From the NCBI RefSeq assembly GCF_009914755.1, contig NC_060948.1: DNA of 64,000 nucleotides; one strand, 5' to 3'. The position numbers were made by a program, and so were the translations under genes. Numbering within the stretch: position 1 is the first letter of the stretch; the number at the start of each line of letters is the position of its first letter. Positions 39,556-58,894 of this stretch are shown in pieces. Under the pieces are notes generated by a model. It saw nothing but the letters and a program-made list of their open reading frames with translations, had not been told where the DNA came from and searched no databases. Origin of the DNA: the human T2T-CHM13v2.0 reference genome, Homo sapiens.

Positions 39556-41660
39556 AGATCCATATTTTTTAAATGAAAAAAAATTTCAAAGGTACTCTGC
39601 TTGGTACAATAATCAAATGTATAAACTGAGGAATAAAACATAACCATGAAACCTACTTATAACTGCATATGGAAAATACAGAGGATAATTTTTTAAATAA
39701 CATATTTTGAAAGCCTTAACTAGTAATTTGAAGAGTTGGCATTTGAAAGGCCAGTATGAATATACCTTCAAAGCAGCAACACAGGTTCCCCATGAGAAAA
39801 AGCAAACACAGGGAAAATAAAAACACAAAGGTTCAATCTCTTCTGACCTTTGAAAGACACAGCACAGACAGTTGTCCTTAAGACGAAGAGCAGGAGACCC
39901 CTAATTCCGTCACCATGGCGATAGGGCATAAACATTGCTGGGTGAGGGCACAATCCACATTGTGAGGTCCAACTGCTGCCAGGAAGACAGGAGTGCTTTT
40001 ACATAGACCGAAAGGTCATTGAAGGCTCAGAGTTTTGTTTCAAGAACTGAATCCCAAGCCCACACGTTATTACGCTGCGCTTCTTAAAACAAGTTATGAG
40101 ATGGGAAAAAGGGCACCCACAAACATACGTATACATTATGTATATAATAATATACAGTATCATATATATAATATATATAACCTATGTATAATATTGTTTT
40201 ACATCCTGCATCTTATGTTATATATATTGTATAAAATATAATAATTGATAATATATAAGTTTTATAATTATACAATATGACATATAGTATATATTATAAT
40301 TTATGACATATATAATATATGTTATATATCATATATAGAATATATTATACGGTTAATATACTTATTAAATATAAATTATACATTATATATATGATATATA
40401 ATATATCTGTTATATATAATACCCATTATGCATAATATATATATTATGTCTATGTTATATATAGTATAAAACAACATATAATAATATATAATTGTATATA
40501 TAAAATGCGACATATAATATATATTATATTTTATAACATATGTAATATATATTATATATTATATATAATACGTTGTATGTATAATACCTATATTAAATAT
40601 ATATTATATGACTATGTTATTAATTACATGTCACATGTGTTATATATTATATATTTTACATAGAATATACCGGTTACATACAATATATACTATGTTACCT
40701 ATAATGTATAATTTATTACATGTAAAATAAAGAATGCAATATATTATGTATAATTTATAATATACAATATGTGGAATGTGATATATATAACATATAATAT
40801 ATGATATATGATATACAGTATATGATATATAACATACAATATATGATTCCTAATATATATGGTATACAATATATATTTTATGATATGTATTCTATATGTT
40901 TTATATTCTGTTATATATAACTATTTGAAATTATATATAACTGTATAATATTTTATGTAAATATGTAATATAATATATATAACTATATAATATATTATAT
41001 ATAACTATATATTATGTTATATATACTTTTATAACATAATATACATAAAATATCATAATATAATATATATTATATTATTTCATAATACATAATATATATT
41101 ACATATCACCCAATATAACTAACATACATAATATTATAATATAGATTATATTATGTTATATTAAATATCATATATATCATGTATCATATATTCTATAATA
41201 TATATTACACATTATATAATATGTATGTTGTCTATTATGTGATATATATAACTATATATATAATTATATTTTTATACATATAACTAGATAAACATGTAAT
41301 TCTACATATTTTCATTTATAATATGTAGAATTATATAATCATATATAATTATTTATATTCTATAAAAAATTTTATCATTATATAAATTATAATATATAAA
41401 AATTATAATATGTACTACAAATATATATATTATATATCATATATGATATAGTACCTTTGTTATATATCATAATACATATAAATGTGTATTATGTTATCTA
41501 TAATTATATAATTTAATATATAAGATGTATGATATGTATCATATATTATATATGTTATGTAATATATATAGTATATATAAGCTGACACAGGATAAATATT
41601 ATATACTATGACATATAAAATATATGAGGTTATATGTTACATATAAGGCATAGCACATAA

Positions 41661-41975
<315 letters not shown>

Positions 41976-44087
41976 AGATCCATATTTTTTAAATGAAAAA
42001 AAATTTCAAAGGTACTCTGCTTGGTACAATAATCAAATGTATAAACTGAGGAATAAAACATAACCATGAAACCTACTTATAACTGCATATGGAAAATACA
42101 GAGGATAATTTTTTAAATAACATATTTTGAAAGCCTTAACTAGTAATTTGAAGAGTTGGCATTTGAAAGGCCAGTATGAATATACCTTCAAAGCAGCAAC
42201 ACAGGTTCCCCATGAGAAAAAGCAAACACAGGGAAAATAAAAACACAAAGGTTCAATCTCTTCTGACCTTTGAAAGACACAGCACAGACAGTGGTCCTTA
42301 GGACGAAGAGCAGGAGACCCCTAATTCCGTCACCATGGCGATAGGGCATAAACATTGCTGGGTGAGGGCACAATCCACATTGTGAGGTCCAACTGCTGCC
42401 AGGAAGACAGGAGTGCTTTTACATAGACCGAAAGGTCATTGAAGGCTCAGAGTTTTGTTTCAAGAACTGAATCCCAAGCCCACACGTTATTAGGCTGCGC
42501 TTCTTAAAACAAGTTATGAGATGGGAAAAAGGGCACCCACAAACATACGTATACATTATGTATATAATAATATACAGTATCATATATATAATATATATAA
42601 CCTATGTATAATATTGTTTTACATCCTGCATCTTATGTTATATATATTGTATAAAATATAATAATTGATAATATATAAGTTTTATAATTATACAATATGA
42701 CATGTAGTATATATTATAATTTATGACATATATAATATATGTTATATGTCATATATAGAATATATTATACGGTTAATATACGTATTAAATATAAATTATA
42801 CATTATATATACTATATATAACATATCTGTTATATATAATACCCAATATGCATAATATATATATTATGTCTATGTTATATATAGTATAAAACAACATATA
42901 ATAATATATAATTGTATATATAAAATGCGACATATAATATATATTATATTTTATAACATATGTAATATATATTATATATTATATATAATACGTTGTATGT
43001 ATAATACCTATATTAAATATATATTATATGACTATGTTATTAATTACATGTCACATGTGTTATATATTATATATTTTACATAGAATATACCGGTTACATA
43101 CAATATATACTATGTTACCTATAATGTATAATTTATTACATGTAAAATAAAGAATGCAATATATTATGTATAATTTATAATATACAATATGTGGAATGTG
43201 ATATATATAACATATAATATATGATATATGATATACAGTATATGATATATAACATACAATATATGATTCCTAATATATATGGTATACAATATATATTTTA
43301 TGATATGTATTCTATATGTTTTATATTCTGTTATATATAACTATTTGAAATTATATATAACTGTATAATATTTTATGTAAATATGTAATATAATATATAT
43401 AACTATATAATATATTATATATAACTATATATTATGTTATATATACTTTTATAACATAATTTACATAAAATATCATAATATAATATATATTATATTATTT
43501 CATATTACATAATATATATTACATATCACCCAATATAACTAACATACATAATATTATAATATAGATTATATTATGTTATATTAAATATCATATATATCAT
43601 GTATCATATATTCTATAATATATATTACACATTATATAATATGTATGTTGTCTATTATGTGATATATATAACTATATATATAATTATATTTTTATACATA
43701 TAACTAGATAAACATGTAATTCTACATATTTTCATTTATAATATGTAGAATTATATAATCATATATAATTATTTATATTCTATAAAAAATTTTATCATTA
43801 TATAAATTATAATATATAAAAATTATAATATGTACTACAAATATATATATTATATATCATATATGATATAGTACCTTTGTTATATATCATAATACATATA
43901 AATGTGTATTATGTTATCTATAATTATATAATTTCATATATAAGATGTATAATATGTATCATATATTATATATGTTATGTAATATATATAGTATATATAA
44001 GATGACACAGGATAAATATTATATACTATGACATATAAAATATATGAGGTTATATGTTACATATAAGGCATAGCACATAACATGTAA

Positions 44088-44396
<309 letters not shown>

Positions 44397-46501
44397 AGAT
44401 CCATATTTTTTAAATGAAAAAAAATTTCAAAGGTACTCTGCTTGGTACAATAATCAAATGTATAAACTGAGGAATAAAACATAACCATGAAACCTACTTA
44501 TAACTGCATATGGAAAATACAGAGGATAATTTTTTAAATAACATATTTTGAAAGCCTTAACTAGTAATTTGAAGAGTTGGCATTTGAAAGGCCAGTATGA
44601 ATATACCTTCAAAGCAGCAACACAGGTTCCCCATGAGAAAAAGCAAACACAGGGAAAATAAAAACACAAAGGTTCAATCTCTTCTGACCTTTGAAAGACA
44701 CAGCACAGACAGTTGTCCTTAAGACGAAGAGCAGGAGACCCCTAATTCCGTCACCATGGCGATAGGGCATAAACATTGCTGGGTGAGGGCACAATCCACA
44801 TTGTGAGGTCCAACTGCTGCCAGGAAGACAGGAGTGCTTTTACATAGACCGAAAGGTCATTGAAGGCTCAGAGTTTTGTTTCAAGAACTGAATCCCAAGC
44901 CCACACGTTATTACGCTGCGCTTCTTAAAACAAGTTATGAGATGGGAAAAAGGGCACCCACAAACATACGTATACATTATGTATATAATAATATACAGTA
45001 TCATATATATAATATATATAACCTATGTATAATATTGTTTTACATCCTGCATCTTATGTTATATATATTGTATAAAATATAATAATTGATAATATATAAG
45101 TTTTATAATTATACAATATGACATATAGTATATATTATAATTTATGACATATATAATATATGTTATATATCATATATAGAATATATTATACGGTTAATAT
45201 ACTTATTAAATATAAATTATACATTATATATATGATATATAATATATCTGTTATATATAATACCCATTATGCATAATATATATATTATGTCTATGTTATA
45301 TATAGTATAAAACAACATATAATAATATATAATTGTATATATAAAATGCGACATATAATATATATTATATTTTATAACATATGTAATATATATTATATAT
45401 TATATATAATACGTTGTATGTATAATACCTATATTAAATATATATTATATGACTATGTTATTAATTACATGTCACATGTGTTATATATTATATATTTTAC
45501 ATAGAATATACCGGTTACATACAATATATACTATGTTACCTATAATGTATAATTTATTACATGTAAAATAAAGAATGCAATATATTATGTATAATTTATA
45601 ATATACAATATGTGGAATGTGATATATATAACATATAATATATGATATATGATATACAGTATATGATATATAACATACAATATATGATTCCTAATATATA
45701 TGGTATACAATATATATTTTATGATATGTATTCTATATGTTTTATATTCTGTTATATATAACTATTTGAAATTATATATAACTGTATAATATTTTATGTA
45801 AATATGTAATATAATATATATAACTATATAATATATTATATATAACTATATATTATGTTATATATACTTTTATAACATAATATACATAAAATATCATAAT
45901 ATAATATATATTATATTATTTCATAATACATAATATATATTACATATCACCCAATATAACTAACATACATAATATTATAATATAGATTATATTATGTTAT
46001 ATTAAATATCATATATATCATGTATCATATATTCTATAATATATATTACACATTATATAATATGTATGTTGTCTATTATGTGATATATATAACTCTATAT
46101 ATAATTATATTTTTATACATATAACTAGATAAACATGTAATTCTACATATTTTCATTTATAATATGTAGAATTATATAATCATATATAATTATTTATATT
46201 CTATAAAAAATTTTATCATTATATAAATTATAATATATAAAAATTATAATATGTACTACAAATATATATATTATATATCATATATGATATAGTACCTTTG
46301 TTATATATCATAATACATATAAATGTGTATTATGTTATCTATAATTATATAATTTCATATATAAGATGTATGATATGTATCATATATTATATATGTTATG
46401 TAATATATATAGTATATATAAGCTGACACAGGATAAATATTATATACTATGACATATAAAATATATGAGGTTATATGTTACATATAAGGCATAGCACATA
46501 A

Positions 46502-46816
<315 letters not shown>

Positions 46817-48944
46817 AGATCCATATTTTTTAAATGAAAAAAAATTTCAAAGGTACTCTGCTTGGTACAATAATCAAATGTATAAACTGAGGAATAAAAC
46901 ATAACCATGAAACCTACTTATAACTGCATATGGAAAATACAGAGGATAATTTTTTAAATAACATATTTTGAAAGCCTTAACTAGTAATTTGAAGAGTTGG
47001 CGTTTGAAAGGCCAGTATGAATATACCTTCAAAGCAGCAACACAGGTTCCCCATGAGAAAAAGCAAACACAGGGAAAATAAAAACACAAAGGTTCAATCT
47101 CTTCTGACCTTTGAAAGACACAGCACAGACAGTGGTCCTTAGGACGAAGAGCAGGAGACCCCTAATTCCGTCACCATGGCGATAGGGCATAAACATTGCT
47201 GGGTGAGGGCACAATCCACATTGTGAGGTCCAACTGCTGCCAGGAAGACAGGAGTGCTTTTACATAGACCGAAAGGTCATTGAAGGCTCAGAGTTTTGTT
47301 TCAAGAACTGAATCCCAAGCCCACACGTTATTAGGCTGCGCTTCTTAAAACAAGTTATGAGATGGGAAAAAGGGCACCCACAAATATACGTATACATTAT
47401 GTATATAATAATATACAGTATCATATATATAATATATATAACCTATGTATAATACTGTTTTACATCCTGCATCTTATGTTATATACATTGTATAAAATAT
47501 AATAATTGATAATATATAAGTTTTATAATTATACAATATGACATATAGTATATATTATAATTTATGACATATATAATATATGTTATATATCATATATAGA
47601 ATATATTATACGGTTAATATACGTATTAAATATAAATTATACATTATATATATTATATATAATATATCTGTTATATATAATACCCATTATGCATAATATA
47701 TATATTATGTCTATGTTATATATAGTATAAAACAACATATAATAATATATAATTGTATATATAAAATGCGACATATAATATATATTATATTGTATAACAT
47801 ATGTAATATATATTATATATTATATATAATACGTTGTATGTATAATACATATATTAAATATATATTATATGACTATGTTATTAATTACATGTCACATGTG
47901 TTATATATTATATATTTTACATAGAATATACCGGTTACATACAATATATACTATGTTACCTATAATGTATAATTTATTACATGTAAAATAAAGAATGCAA
48001 TATATTATGTATAATTTATAATATACAATATGTGGAATGTGATATATATAACATATAATATATGATATATGATATACAGTATATGATATATAACATACAA
48101 TATATGATTCCTAATATATATGGTATACAATATATATTTTATGATATGTATTCTATATGTTTTATATTCTGTTATATATAACTATTTGAAATTATATATA
48201 ACTGTATAATATTTTATGTAAATATGTAATATAATATATATAACTATATAATATATTATATATAACTATATATTATGTTATATATACTTTTATAACATAA
48301 TTTACATTAAATATCATAATATAATATATATTATATTATTTCATATTACATAATATACATTACATATCACCCAATATAACTAACATACATAATATTATAA
48401 TATAGATTATATTGTGTTATATTAAATATCATATATATCATGTATCATATATTATATAATATATATTACTCATTATATAATATGTATGTTGTCTATTATG
48501 TGATATATATAACTCTATATATAATTATATTTTTATACATATAACTAGATAAACATGTAATTCTACATATTTTCATTTATAATATGTAGAATTATATAAT
48601 CATATATAATTATTTATATTCTATAAAAAATTTTATCATTATATAAATTATAATATATAAAAATTATAATATGTACTACAAATATATATATTATATATCA
48701 TATATGATATAGTACCTTTGTTATATATCATAATACATATAAATGTGTATTATGTTGTCTATAATTATATAATTTCATATATAAGATGTATAATATGTAT
48801 CATATATTATATATGTTATGTAACATATATAGTATATATAAGATGACACAGGATAAATATTATATACTATGACATATAAAATATATGAGGTTATATGTTA
48901 CATATAAGGCATAGCACATAACATGTAATATATATGACATATAA

Positions 48945-49236
48945 TTTTTTTTTAGACAGAATCTTGTCCTGTTGCACAGGGTGGGGTACAATGGCGCCAT
49001 CTTTGCTCACTGCAACTTCTGCCTCACGGGTCCAAGCGATTGTCCTCCCTCAGCCTCCCAGGTAGCTGGGACTACACCACACTGGGACTACACCAGCTGC
49101 CACCATGCCTAGCTAATTTTTTGGATTTTTAGTAGTGACAGCCTTTCACTGTATTGGCCAGGATGATCTTGATCTCTTCACCTTGTGATCCCCTTGCCTT
49201 GGCCTCCAAATTTGCTGGGATTACAGGCCTGAGCCA
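48945..49236 (-). mobile_element. Alu copy (unit 21)
   Basis: Near-identical to the unit 1 Alu. Confidence 0.93.
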
Positions 49237-51357
49237 AGATCCATATTTTTTAAATGAAAAAAAATTTCAAAGGTACTCTGCTTGGTACAATAATCAAATG
49301 TATAAACTGAGGAATAAAACATAACCATGAAACCTACTTATAACTGCATATGGAAAATACAGAGGATAATTTTTTAAATAACATATTTTGAAAGCCTTAA
49401 CTAGTAATTTGAAGAGTTGGCATTTGAAAGGCCAGTATGAATATACCTTCAAAGCAGCAACACAGGTTCCCCATGAGAAAAAGCAAACACAGGGAAAATA
49501 AAAACACAAAGGTTCAATCTCTTCTGACCTTTGAAAGACACAGCACAGACAGTGGTCCTTAGGACGAAGAGCAGGAGACCCCTAATTCCGTCACCATGGC
49601 GATAGGGCATAAACATTGCTGGGTGAGGGCACAATCCACATTGTGAGGTCCAACTGCTGCCAGGAAGACAGGAGTGCTTTTACATAGACCGAAAGGTCAT
49701 TGAAGGTTCAGAGTTTTGTTTCAAGAACTGAATCCCAAGCCCACACGTTATTAGGCTGCGCTTCTTAAAACAAGTTATGAGATGGGAAAAAGGGCACCAA
49801 CAAACATACGTATACATTATGTATATCATAATATACAGTATCATATATATAATATATATAACCTATGTATAATATTGTTTTACATCCTGCATCTTATGTT
49901 ATATATATTGTATAAAATATAATAATTGATAATATATAAATTTTATAATTATACAATATGACATATAGTATATATTAAAATTTATGACATATATAATATA
50001 TGTTATATATCATATATAGAATATATTATACGGTTAATATATGTATTAAATATAAATTATACATTATATATATTATATATAATATATCTGTTATATATAA
50101 TACCCATTATGCATAATATATATATTATGTCTATGTTATATATAGTATAAAACAACATATAATAATATATAATTGTATATATAAAATGCGACATATAATA
50201 TATATTATATTTTATAACATATGTAATATATATTATATATAATACGTTGTATGTATAATACCTATATTAAATATATATTATATGACTATGTTATTAATTA
50301 CATGTCACATGTGTTATATATTATATATTTTACATAGAATATACCGGTTACATACAATATATACTATGTTACCTATAATGTATAATTTATTACATGTAAA
50401 ATAAAGAATGCAATATATTATGTATAATTTATAATATACAATATGTGGAATGTGATATATATAACATATAATATATGATATATGATATACAGTATATGAT
50501 ATATAACATACAATATATGATTCCTAATATATATGGTATACAATATATATTTTATGATATGTATTCTATATGTTTTATATTCTGTTATATATAACTATTT
50601 GAAATTATATATAACTGTATAATATTTTATGTAAATATGTAATATAATATATATAACTATATAATATATTATATATAACTATATATTATGTTATATATAC
50701 TTTTATAACATAATTTACATAAAATATCATAATATAATATATATTATATTATTTCATATTACATAATATATATTACATATCACCCAATATAACTAACATA
50801 CATAATATTATAATATAGATTATATTGTGTTATATTAAATATCATATATATCATGTATCATATATTCTATAATATATATTACACATTATATAATATGTAT
50901 GTTGTCTATTATGTGATATATATAACTCTATATATAATTATATTTTTATACATATAACTAGATAAACATGTAATTCTACATATTTTCATTTATAATATGT
51001 AGAATTATATAATCATATATAATTATTTATATTCTATAAAAAATTTTATCATTATATAAACTATAGTATATAAAAATTATAATATGTACTACAAATATAT
51101 ATATTATATATCATATATGATATAGTACCTTTGTTATATATCATAATACATATAAAAGTGTATTATGTTATCTATAATTATATAATTTCATATATAAGAT
51201 GTATAATATGTATCATATATTATAAATGTTATGTAATATATATAGTATATATAAGATGACACAGGATAAATATTATATACTATGACATATAAAATATATG
51301 AGGTTATATGTTACGTATAAGGCATAGCACATAACATGTAATATATATCACATATAA

Positions 51358-51649
51358 TTTTTTTTTAGACAGAATCTTGTCCTGTTGCACAGGGTGGGGT
51401 ACAATGGCGCCATCTTTGCTCACTGCAACTTCTGCCTCACGGGTCCAAGCGATTGTCCTCCCTCAGCCTCCCAGGTAGCTGGGACTACACCACACTGGGA
51501 CTACACCAGCTGCCACCATGCCTAGCTAATTTTTTGGATTTTTAGTAGTGACAGCCTTTCACTGTATTGGCCAGGATGATCTTGATCTCTTCACCTTGTG
51601 ATCCCCTTGCCTTGGCCTCCAAATTTGCTGGGATTACAGGCCTGAGCCA
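51358..51649 (-). mobile_element. Alu copy (unit 22)
   Basis: Near-identical to the unit 1 Alu. Confidence 0.93.
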
Positions 51650-53770
51650 AGATCCATATTTTTTAAATGAAAAAAAATTTCAAAGGTACTCTGCTTGGTA
51701 CAATAATCAAATGTATAAACTGAGGAATAAAACATAACCATGAAACCTACTTATAACTGCATATGGAAAATACAGAGGATAATTTTTTAAATAACATATT
51801 TTGAAAGCCTTAACTAGTAATTTGAAGAGTTGGCATTTGAAAGGCCAGTATGAATATACCTTCAAAGCAGCAACACAGGTTCCCCATGAGAAAAAGCAAA
51901 CACAGGGAAAATAAAAACACAAAGGTTCAATCTCTTCTGACCTTTGAAAGACACAGCACAGACAGTGGTCCTTAGGACGAAGAGCAGGAGACCCCTAATT
52001 CCGTCACCATGGCGATAGGGCATAAACATTGCTGGGTGAGGGCACAATCCACATTGTGAGGTCCAACTGCTGCCAGGAAGACAGGAGTGCTTTTACATAG
52101 ACCGAAAGGTCATTGAAGGCTCAGAGTTTTGTTTCAAGAACTGAATCCCAAGCCCACACGTTATTAGGCTGCGCTTCTTAAAACAAGTTATGAGATGGGA
52201 AAAAGGGCACCCACAAACATACGTATACATTATGTATATAATAATATACAGTATCATATATATAATATATATAACCTATGTATAATATTGTTTTACATCC
52301 TGCATCTTATGTTATATATATTGTATAAAATATAATAATTGATAATATATAAGTTTTATAATTATACAATATGACATATAGTATATATTAAAATTTATGA
52401 CATATATAATATATGTTATATATCATATATAGAATATATTATACGGTTAATATACGTATTAAATATAAATTATACATTATATATATTATATATAATATAT
52501 CTGTTATATATAATACCCATTATGCATAATATATATATTATGTCTATGTTATATATAGTATAAAACAACATATAATAATATATAATTGTATATATAAAAT
52601 GCGACATATAATATATATTATATTTTATAACATATGTAATATATATTATATATAATACGTTGTATGTATAATACCTATATTAAATATATATTATATGACT
52701 ATGTTATTAATTACATGTCACATGTGTTATATATTATATATTTTACATAGAATATACCGGTTACATACAATATATACTATGTTACCTATAATGTATAATT
52801 TATTACATGTAAAATAAAGAATGCAATATATTATGTATAATTTATAATATACAATATGTGGAATGTGATATATATAACATATAATATATGATATATGATA
52901 TACAGTATATGATATATAACATACAATATATGATTCCTAATATATATGGTATACAATATATATTTTATGATATGTATTCTATATGTTTTATATTCTGTTA
53001 TATATAACTATTTGAAATTATATATAACTGTATAATATTTTATGTAAATATGTAATATAATATATATAACTATATAATATATTATATATAACTATATATT
53101 ATGTTATATATACTTTTATAACATAATTTACATAAAATATCATAATATAATATATATTATATTATTTCATATTACATAATATATATTACATATCACCCAA
53201 TATAACTAACATACATAATATTATAATATAGATTATATTGTGTTATATTAAATATCATATATATCATGTATCATATATTCTATAATATATATTACACATT
53301 ATATAATATGTATGTTGTCTATTATGTGATATATATAACTCTATATATAATTATATTTTTATACATATAACTAGATAAACATGTAATTCTACATATTTTC
53401 ATTTATAATATGTAGAATTATATAATCATATATAATTATTTATATTCTATAAAAAATTTTATCATTATATAAACTATAATATATAAAAATTATAATATGT
53501 ACTACAAATATATATATTATATATCATATATGATATAGTACCTTTGTTATATATCATAATACATATAAATGTGTATTATGTTATCTATAATTATATAATT
53601 TCATATATAAGATGTATAATATGTATCATATATTATATATGTTATGTAATATATATAGTATATATAAGATGACACAGGATAAATATTATATACTATGACA
53701 TATAAAATATATGAGGTTATATGTTACATATAAGGCATAGCACATAACATGTAATATATATCATATATAA

Positions 53771-54062
53771 TTTTTTTTTAGACAGAATCTTGTCCTGTTG
53801 CACAGGGTGGGGTACAATGGAGCCATCTTTGCTCACTGCAACTTCTGCCTCACGGGTCCAAGCGATTGTCCTCCCTCAGCCTCCCAGGTAGCTGGGACTA
53901 CACCACACTGGGACTACACCAGCTGCCACCATGCCTAGCTAATTTTTTGGATTTTTAGTAGTGACAGCCTTTCACTGTATTGGCCAGGATGGTCTTGATC
54001 TCTTCACCTTGTGATCCCCTTGCCTTGGCCTCCAAATTTGCTGGGATTACAGGCCTGAGCCA
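53771..54062 (-). mobile_element. Alu copy (unit 23)
   Basis: Near-identical to the unit 1 Alu. Confidence 0.93.
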
Positions 54063-56189
54063 AGATCCATATTTTTTAAATGAAAAAAAATTTCAAAGGT
54101 ACTCTGCTTGGTACAATAATCAAATGTATAAACTGAGGAATAAAACATAACCATGAAACCTACTTATAACTGCATATGGAAAATACAGAGGATAATTTTT
54201 TAAATAACATATTTTGAAAGCCTTAACTAGTAATTTGAAGAGTTGGCATTTGAAAGGCCAGTATGAATATACCTTCAAAGCAGCAACACAGGTTCCCCAT
54301 GAGAAAAAGCAAACACAGGGAAAATAAAAACACAAAGGTTCAATCTCTTCTGACCTTTGAAAGACACAGCACAGACAGTGGTCCTTAGGACGAAGAGCAG
54401 GAGACCCCTAATTCCGTCACCATGGCGATAGGGCATAAACATTGCTGGGTGAGGGCACAATCCACATTGTGAGGTCCAACTGCTGCCAGGAAGACAGGAG
54501 TGCTTTTACATAGACCGAAAGGTCATTGAAGGCTCAGAGTTTTGTTTCAAGAACTGAATCCCAAGCCCACACGTTATTAGGCTGCGCTTCTTAAAACAAG
54601 TTATGAGATGGGAAAAAGGGCACCCACAAACATACGTATACATTATGTATATAATAATATACAGTGTCATATATATAATATATATAACCTATGTATAATA
54701 TTGTTTTACATCCTGCATCTTATGTTATATATATTGTATAAAATATAATAATTGATAATATATAACTTTTATAATTATACAATATGACATATAGTATATA
54801 TTATAATTTATGACATATATAATATATGTTATATATCATATACAGAATATATTATACGGTTAATATACGTATTAAATATAAATTATACATTATATATATT
54901 ATATATAATATATCTGTTAAATATATTACCCATTATGCATAATATATATATTATGTCTATGTTATATATAGTATAAAACAACATATAATAATATATAATT
55001 GTATATATAAATGCGACATATAATATATATTATATTTTATAACATATGTAATATATATTATATATTATATATAATACGTTGTATGTATAATACCTATATT
55101 AAATATATAATATATGACTATGTTATTAATTACATGTCACATGTGTTATATATTATATATTTTACATAGAATATACCGGTTACATACAATATATACCATG
55201 TTACCTATAATGTATAATTTATTACATGTAAAATAAAGAATGCAATATATTATGTATAATTTATAATATACAATATGTGGAATGTGATATATATAACATA
55301 TAATATATGATATATGATATACAGTATATGATATATAACATACAATATATGACTCCTAATATATATGGTATACAATATATATTTTATGATATGTATTCTA
55401 TATGTTTTATATTCTGTTATATATAACTATTTGAAATTATATATAACTGTATAATATTTTATGTAAATATGTAATATAATATATATAACTATATAATATA
55501 TTATATATAACTATATATTATGTTATATATACTTTTATAACATAATTTACATAAAATATCATAATATAATATATATTATATTATTTCATATTACATAATA
55601 TATATTACATATCACCCAATATAACTAACATACATAATATTATAATATAGATTATATTGTGTTATACTAAATATCATATATATCATGTATCATATATTCT
55701 ATAATATATATTACACATTATATAATATGTATGTTGTCTATTATGTGATATATATAACTCTATATATAATTATATTTTTATACATATAACTAGATAAACA
55801 TGTAATTCTACATATTTTCATTTATAATATGTAGAATTATATAATCATATATAATTATTTATATTCTATAAAAAATTTTATCATTATATAAATTATAATA
55901 TATAAAAATTATAATATGTACTACAAATATATATATTATATATCATATATGATATAGTACCTTTGTTATATATCATAATACATATAAATGTGTATTATGT
56001 TATCTATAATTATATAATTTCATATATAAGATGTATAATATGTATCATATATTATATATGTTATGTAATATATATAGTATATATAAGATGACACAGGATA
56101 AATATTATATACTATGACATATAAAATATATGAGGTTATATGTTACATATAAGGCATAGCACATAACATGTAATATATACCATATATAA

Positions 56190-56481
56190 TTTTTTTTTAG
56201 ACAGAATCTTGTCCTGTTGCACAGGGTGGGGTACAATGGCGCCATCTTTGCTCACTGCAACTTCTGCCTCACGGGTCCAAGCGATTGTCCTCCCTCAGCC
56301 TCCCAGGTAGCTGGGACTACACCACACTGGGACTACACCAGCTGCCACCATGCCTAGCTAATTTTTTGGATTTTTAGTAGTGACAGCCTTTCACTGTATT
56401 GGCCAGGATGGTCTTGATCTCTTCACCTTGTGATCCCCTTGCCTTGGCCTCCAAATTTGCTGGGATTACAGGCCTGAGCCA
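56190..56481 (-). mobile_element. Alu copy (unit 24)
   Basis: Near-identical to the unit 1 Alu. Confidence 0.93.
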
Positions 56482-58602
56482 AGATCCATATTTTTTAAAT
56501 GAAAAAAAATTTCAAAGGTACTCTGCTTGGTACAATAATCAAATGTATAAACTGAGGAATAAAACATAACCATGAAACCTGCTTATAACTGCATATGGAA
56601 AATACAGAGGATAATTTTTTAAATAACATATTTTGAAAGCCTTAACTAGTAATTTGAAGAGTTGGCATTTGAAAGGCCAGTATGAATATACCTTCAAAGC
56701 AGCAACACAGGTTCCCCATGAGAAAAAGCAAACACAGGGAAAATAAAAACACAAAGGTTCAATCTCTTCTGACCTTTGAAAGACACAGCACAGACAGTGG
56801 TCCTTAGGACGAAGAGCAGGAGACCCCTAATTCCGTCACCATGGCGATAGGGCATAAACATTGCTGGGTGAGGGCACAATCCACATTGTGAGGTCCAACT
56901 GCTGCCAGGAAGACAGGAGTGCTTTTACATAGACCGAAAGGTCATTGAAGGCTCAGAGTTTTGTTTCAAGAACTGAATCCCAAGCCCACACGTTATTAGG
57001 CTGTGCTTCTTAAAACAAGTTATGAGATGGGAAAAAGGGCACCCACAAACATACGTATACATTATGTATATAATAATATACAGTATCATATATATAATAT
57101 ATATAACCTATGTATAATATTGTTTTACATCCTGCATCTTATGTTATATATATTGTATAAAATATAATAATTGATAATATATAAGTTTTATAATTATACA
57201 ATATGACATATAGTATATATTATAATTTATGACATATATAATATATGTTATATATCATATATAGAATATATTATACGGTTAATATACGTATTAAATATAA
57301 ATTATACATTATATATATTATATATAATATATCTGTTATATATAATACCCATTATGCATAATATATATATTATGTCTATGTTATATATAGTATAAAACAA
57401 CATATAATAATATATAATTGTATATATAAAATGCGACATATAATATATATTATATTTTATAACATATGTAATATATATTATATATAATACGTTGTATGTA
57501 TAATACCTATATTAAATATATATTATATGACTATGTTATTAATTACATGTCACATGTGTTATATATTATATATTTTACATAGAATATACCGGTTACATAC
57601 AATATATACTATGTTACCTATAATGTATAATTTATTACATGTAAAATAAAGAATGCAATATATTATGTATAATTTATAATATACAATATGTGGAATGTGA
57701 TATATATAACATATAATATATGATATATGATATACAGTATATGATATATAACATACAATATATGATTCCTAATATATATGGTATACAATATATATTTTAT
57801 GATATGTATTCTATATGTTTTATATTCTGTTATATATAACTATTTGAAATTATATATAACTGTATAATATTTTATGTAAATATGTAATATAATATATATA
57901 ACTATATAATATATTATATATAACTATATATTATGTTATATATACTTTTATAACATAATTTACATAAAATATCATAATATAATATATATTATATTATTTC
58001 ATATTACATAATATATATTACATATCACCCAATATAACTAACATACATAATATTATAATATAGATTATATTGTGTTATATTAAATATCATATATATCATG
58101 TATCATATATTCTATAATATATATTACACATTATATAATATGTATGTTGTCTATTATGTGATATATATAACTCTATATATAATTATATTTTTATACATAT
58201 AACTAGATAAACATGTAATTCTACATATTTTCATTTATAATATGTAGAATTATATAATCATATATAATTATTTATATTCTATAAAAAATTTTATCATTAT
58301 ATAAACTATAATATATAAAAATTATAATATGTACTACAAATATATATATTATATATCATATATGATATAGTACCTTTGTTATATATCATAATACATATAA
58401 ATGTGTATTATGTTATCTATAATTATATAATTTCATATATAAGATGTATAATATGTATCATATATTATATATGTTATGTAATATATATAGTATATATAAG
58501 ATGACACAGGATAAATATTATATACTATGACATATAAAATATATGAGGTTATATGTTACATATAAGGCATAGCACATAACATGTAATATATATCATATAT
58601 AA

Positions 58603-58894
58603 TTTTTTTTTAGACAGAATCTTGTCCTGTTGCACAGGGTGGGGTACAATGGCGCCATCTTTGCTCACTGCAACTTCTACCTCACGGGTCCAAGCGATTG
58701 TCCTCCCTCAGCCTCCCAGGTAGCTGGGACTACACCACACTGGGACTACACCAGCTGCCACCATGCCTAGCTAATTTTTTGGATTTTTAGTAGTGACAGC
58801 CTTTCACTGTATTGGCCAGGATGGTCTTGATCTCTTCACCTTGTGATCCCCTTGCCTTGGCCTCCAAATTTGCTGGGATTACAGGCCTGAGCCA
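58603..58894 (-). mobile_element. Alu copy (unit 25)
   Basis: Near-identical to the unit 1 Alu. Confidence 0.93.
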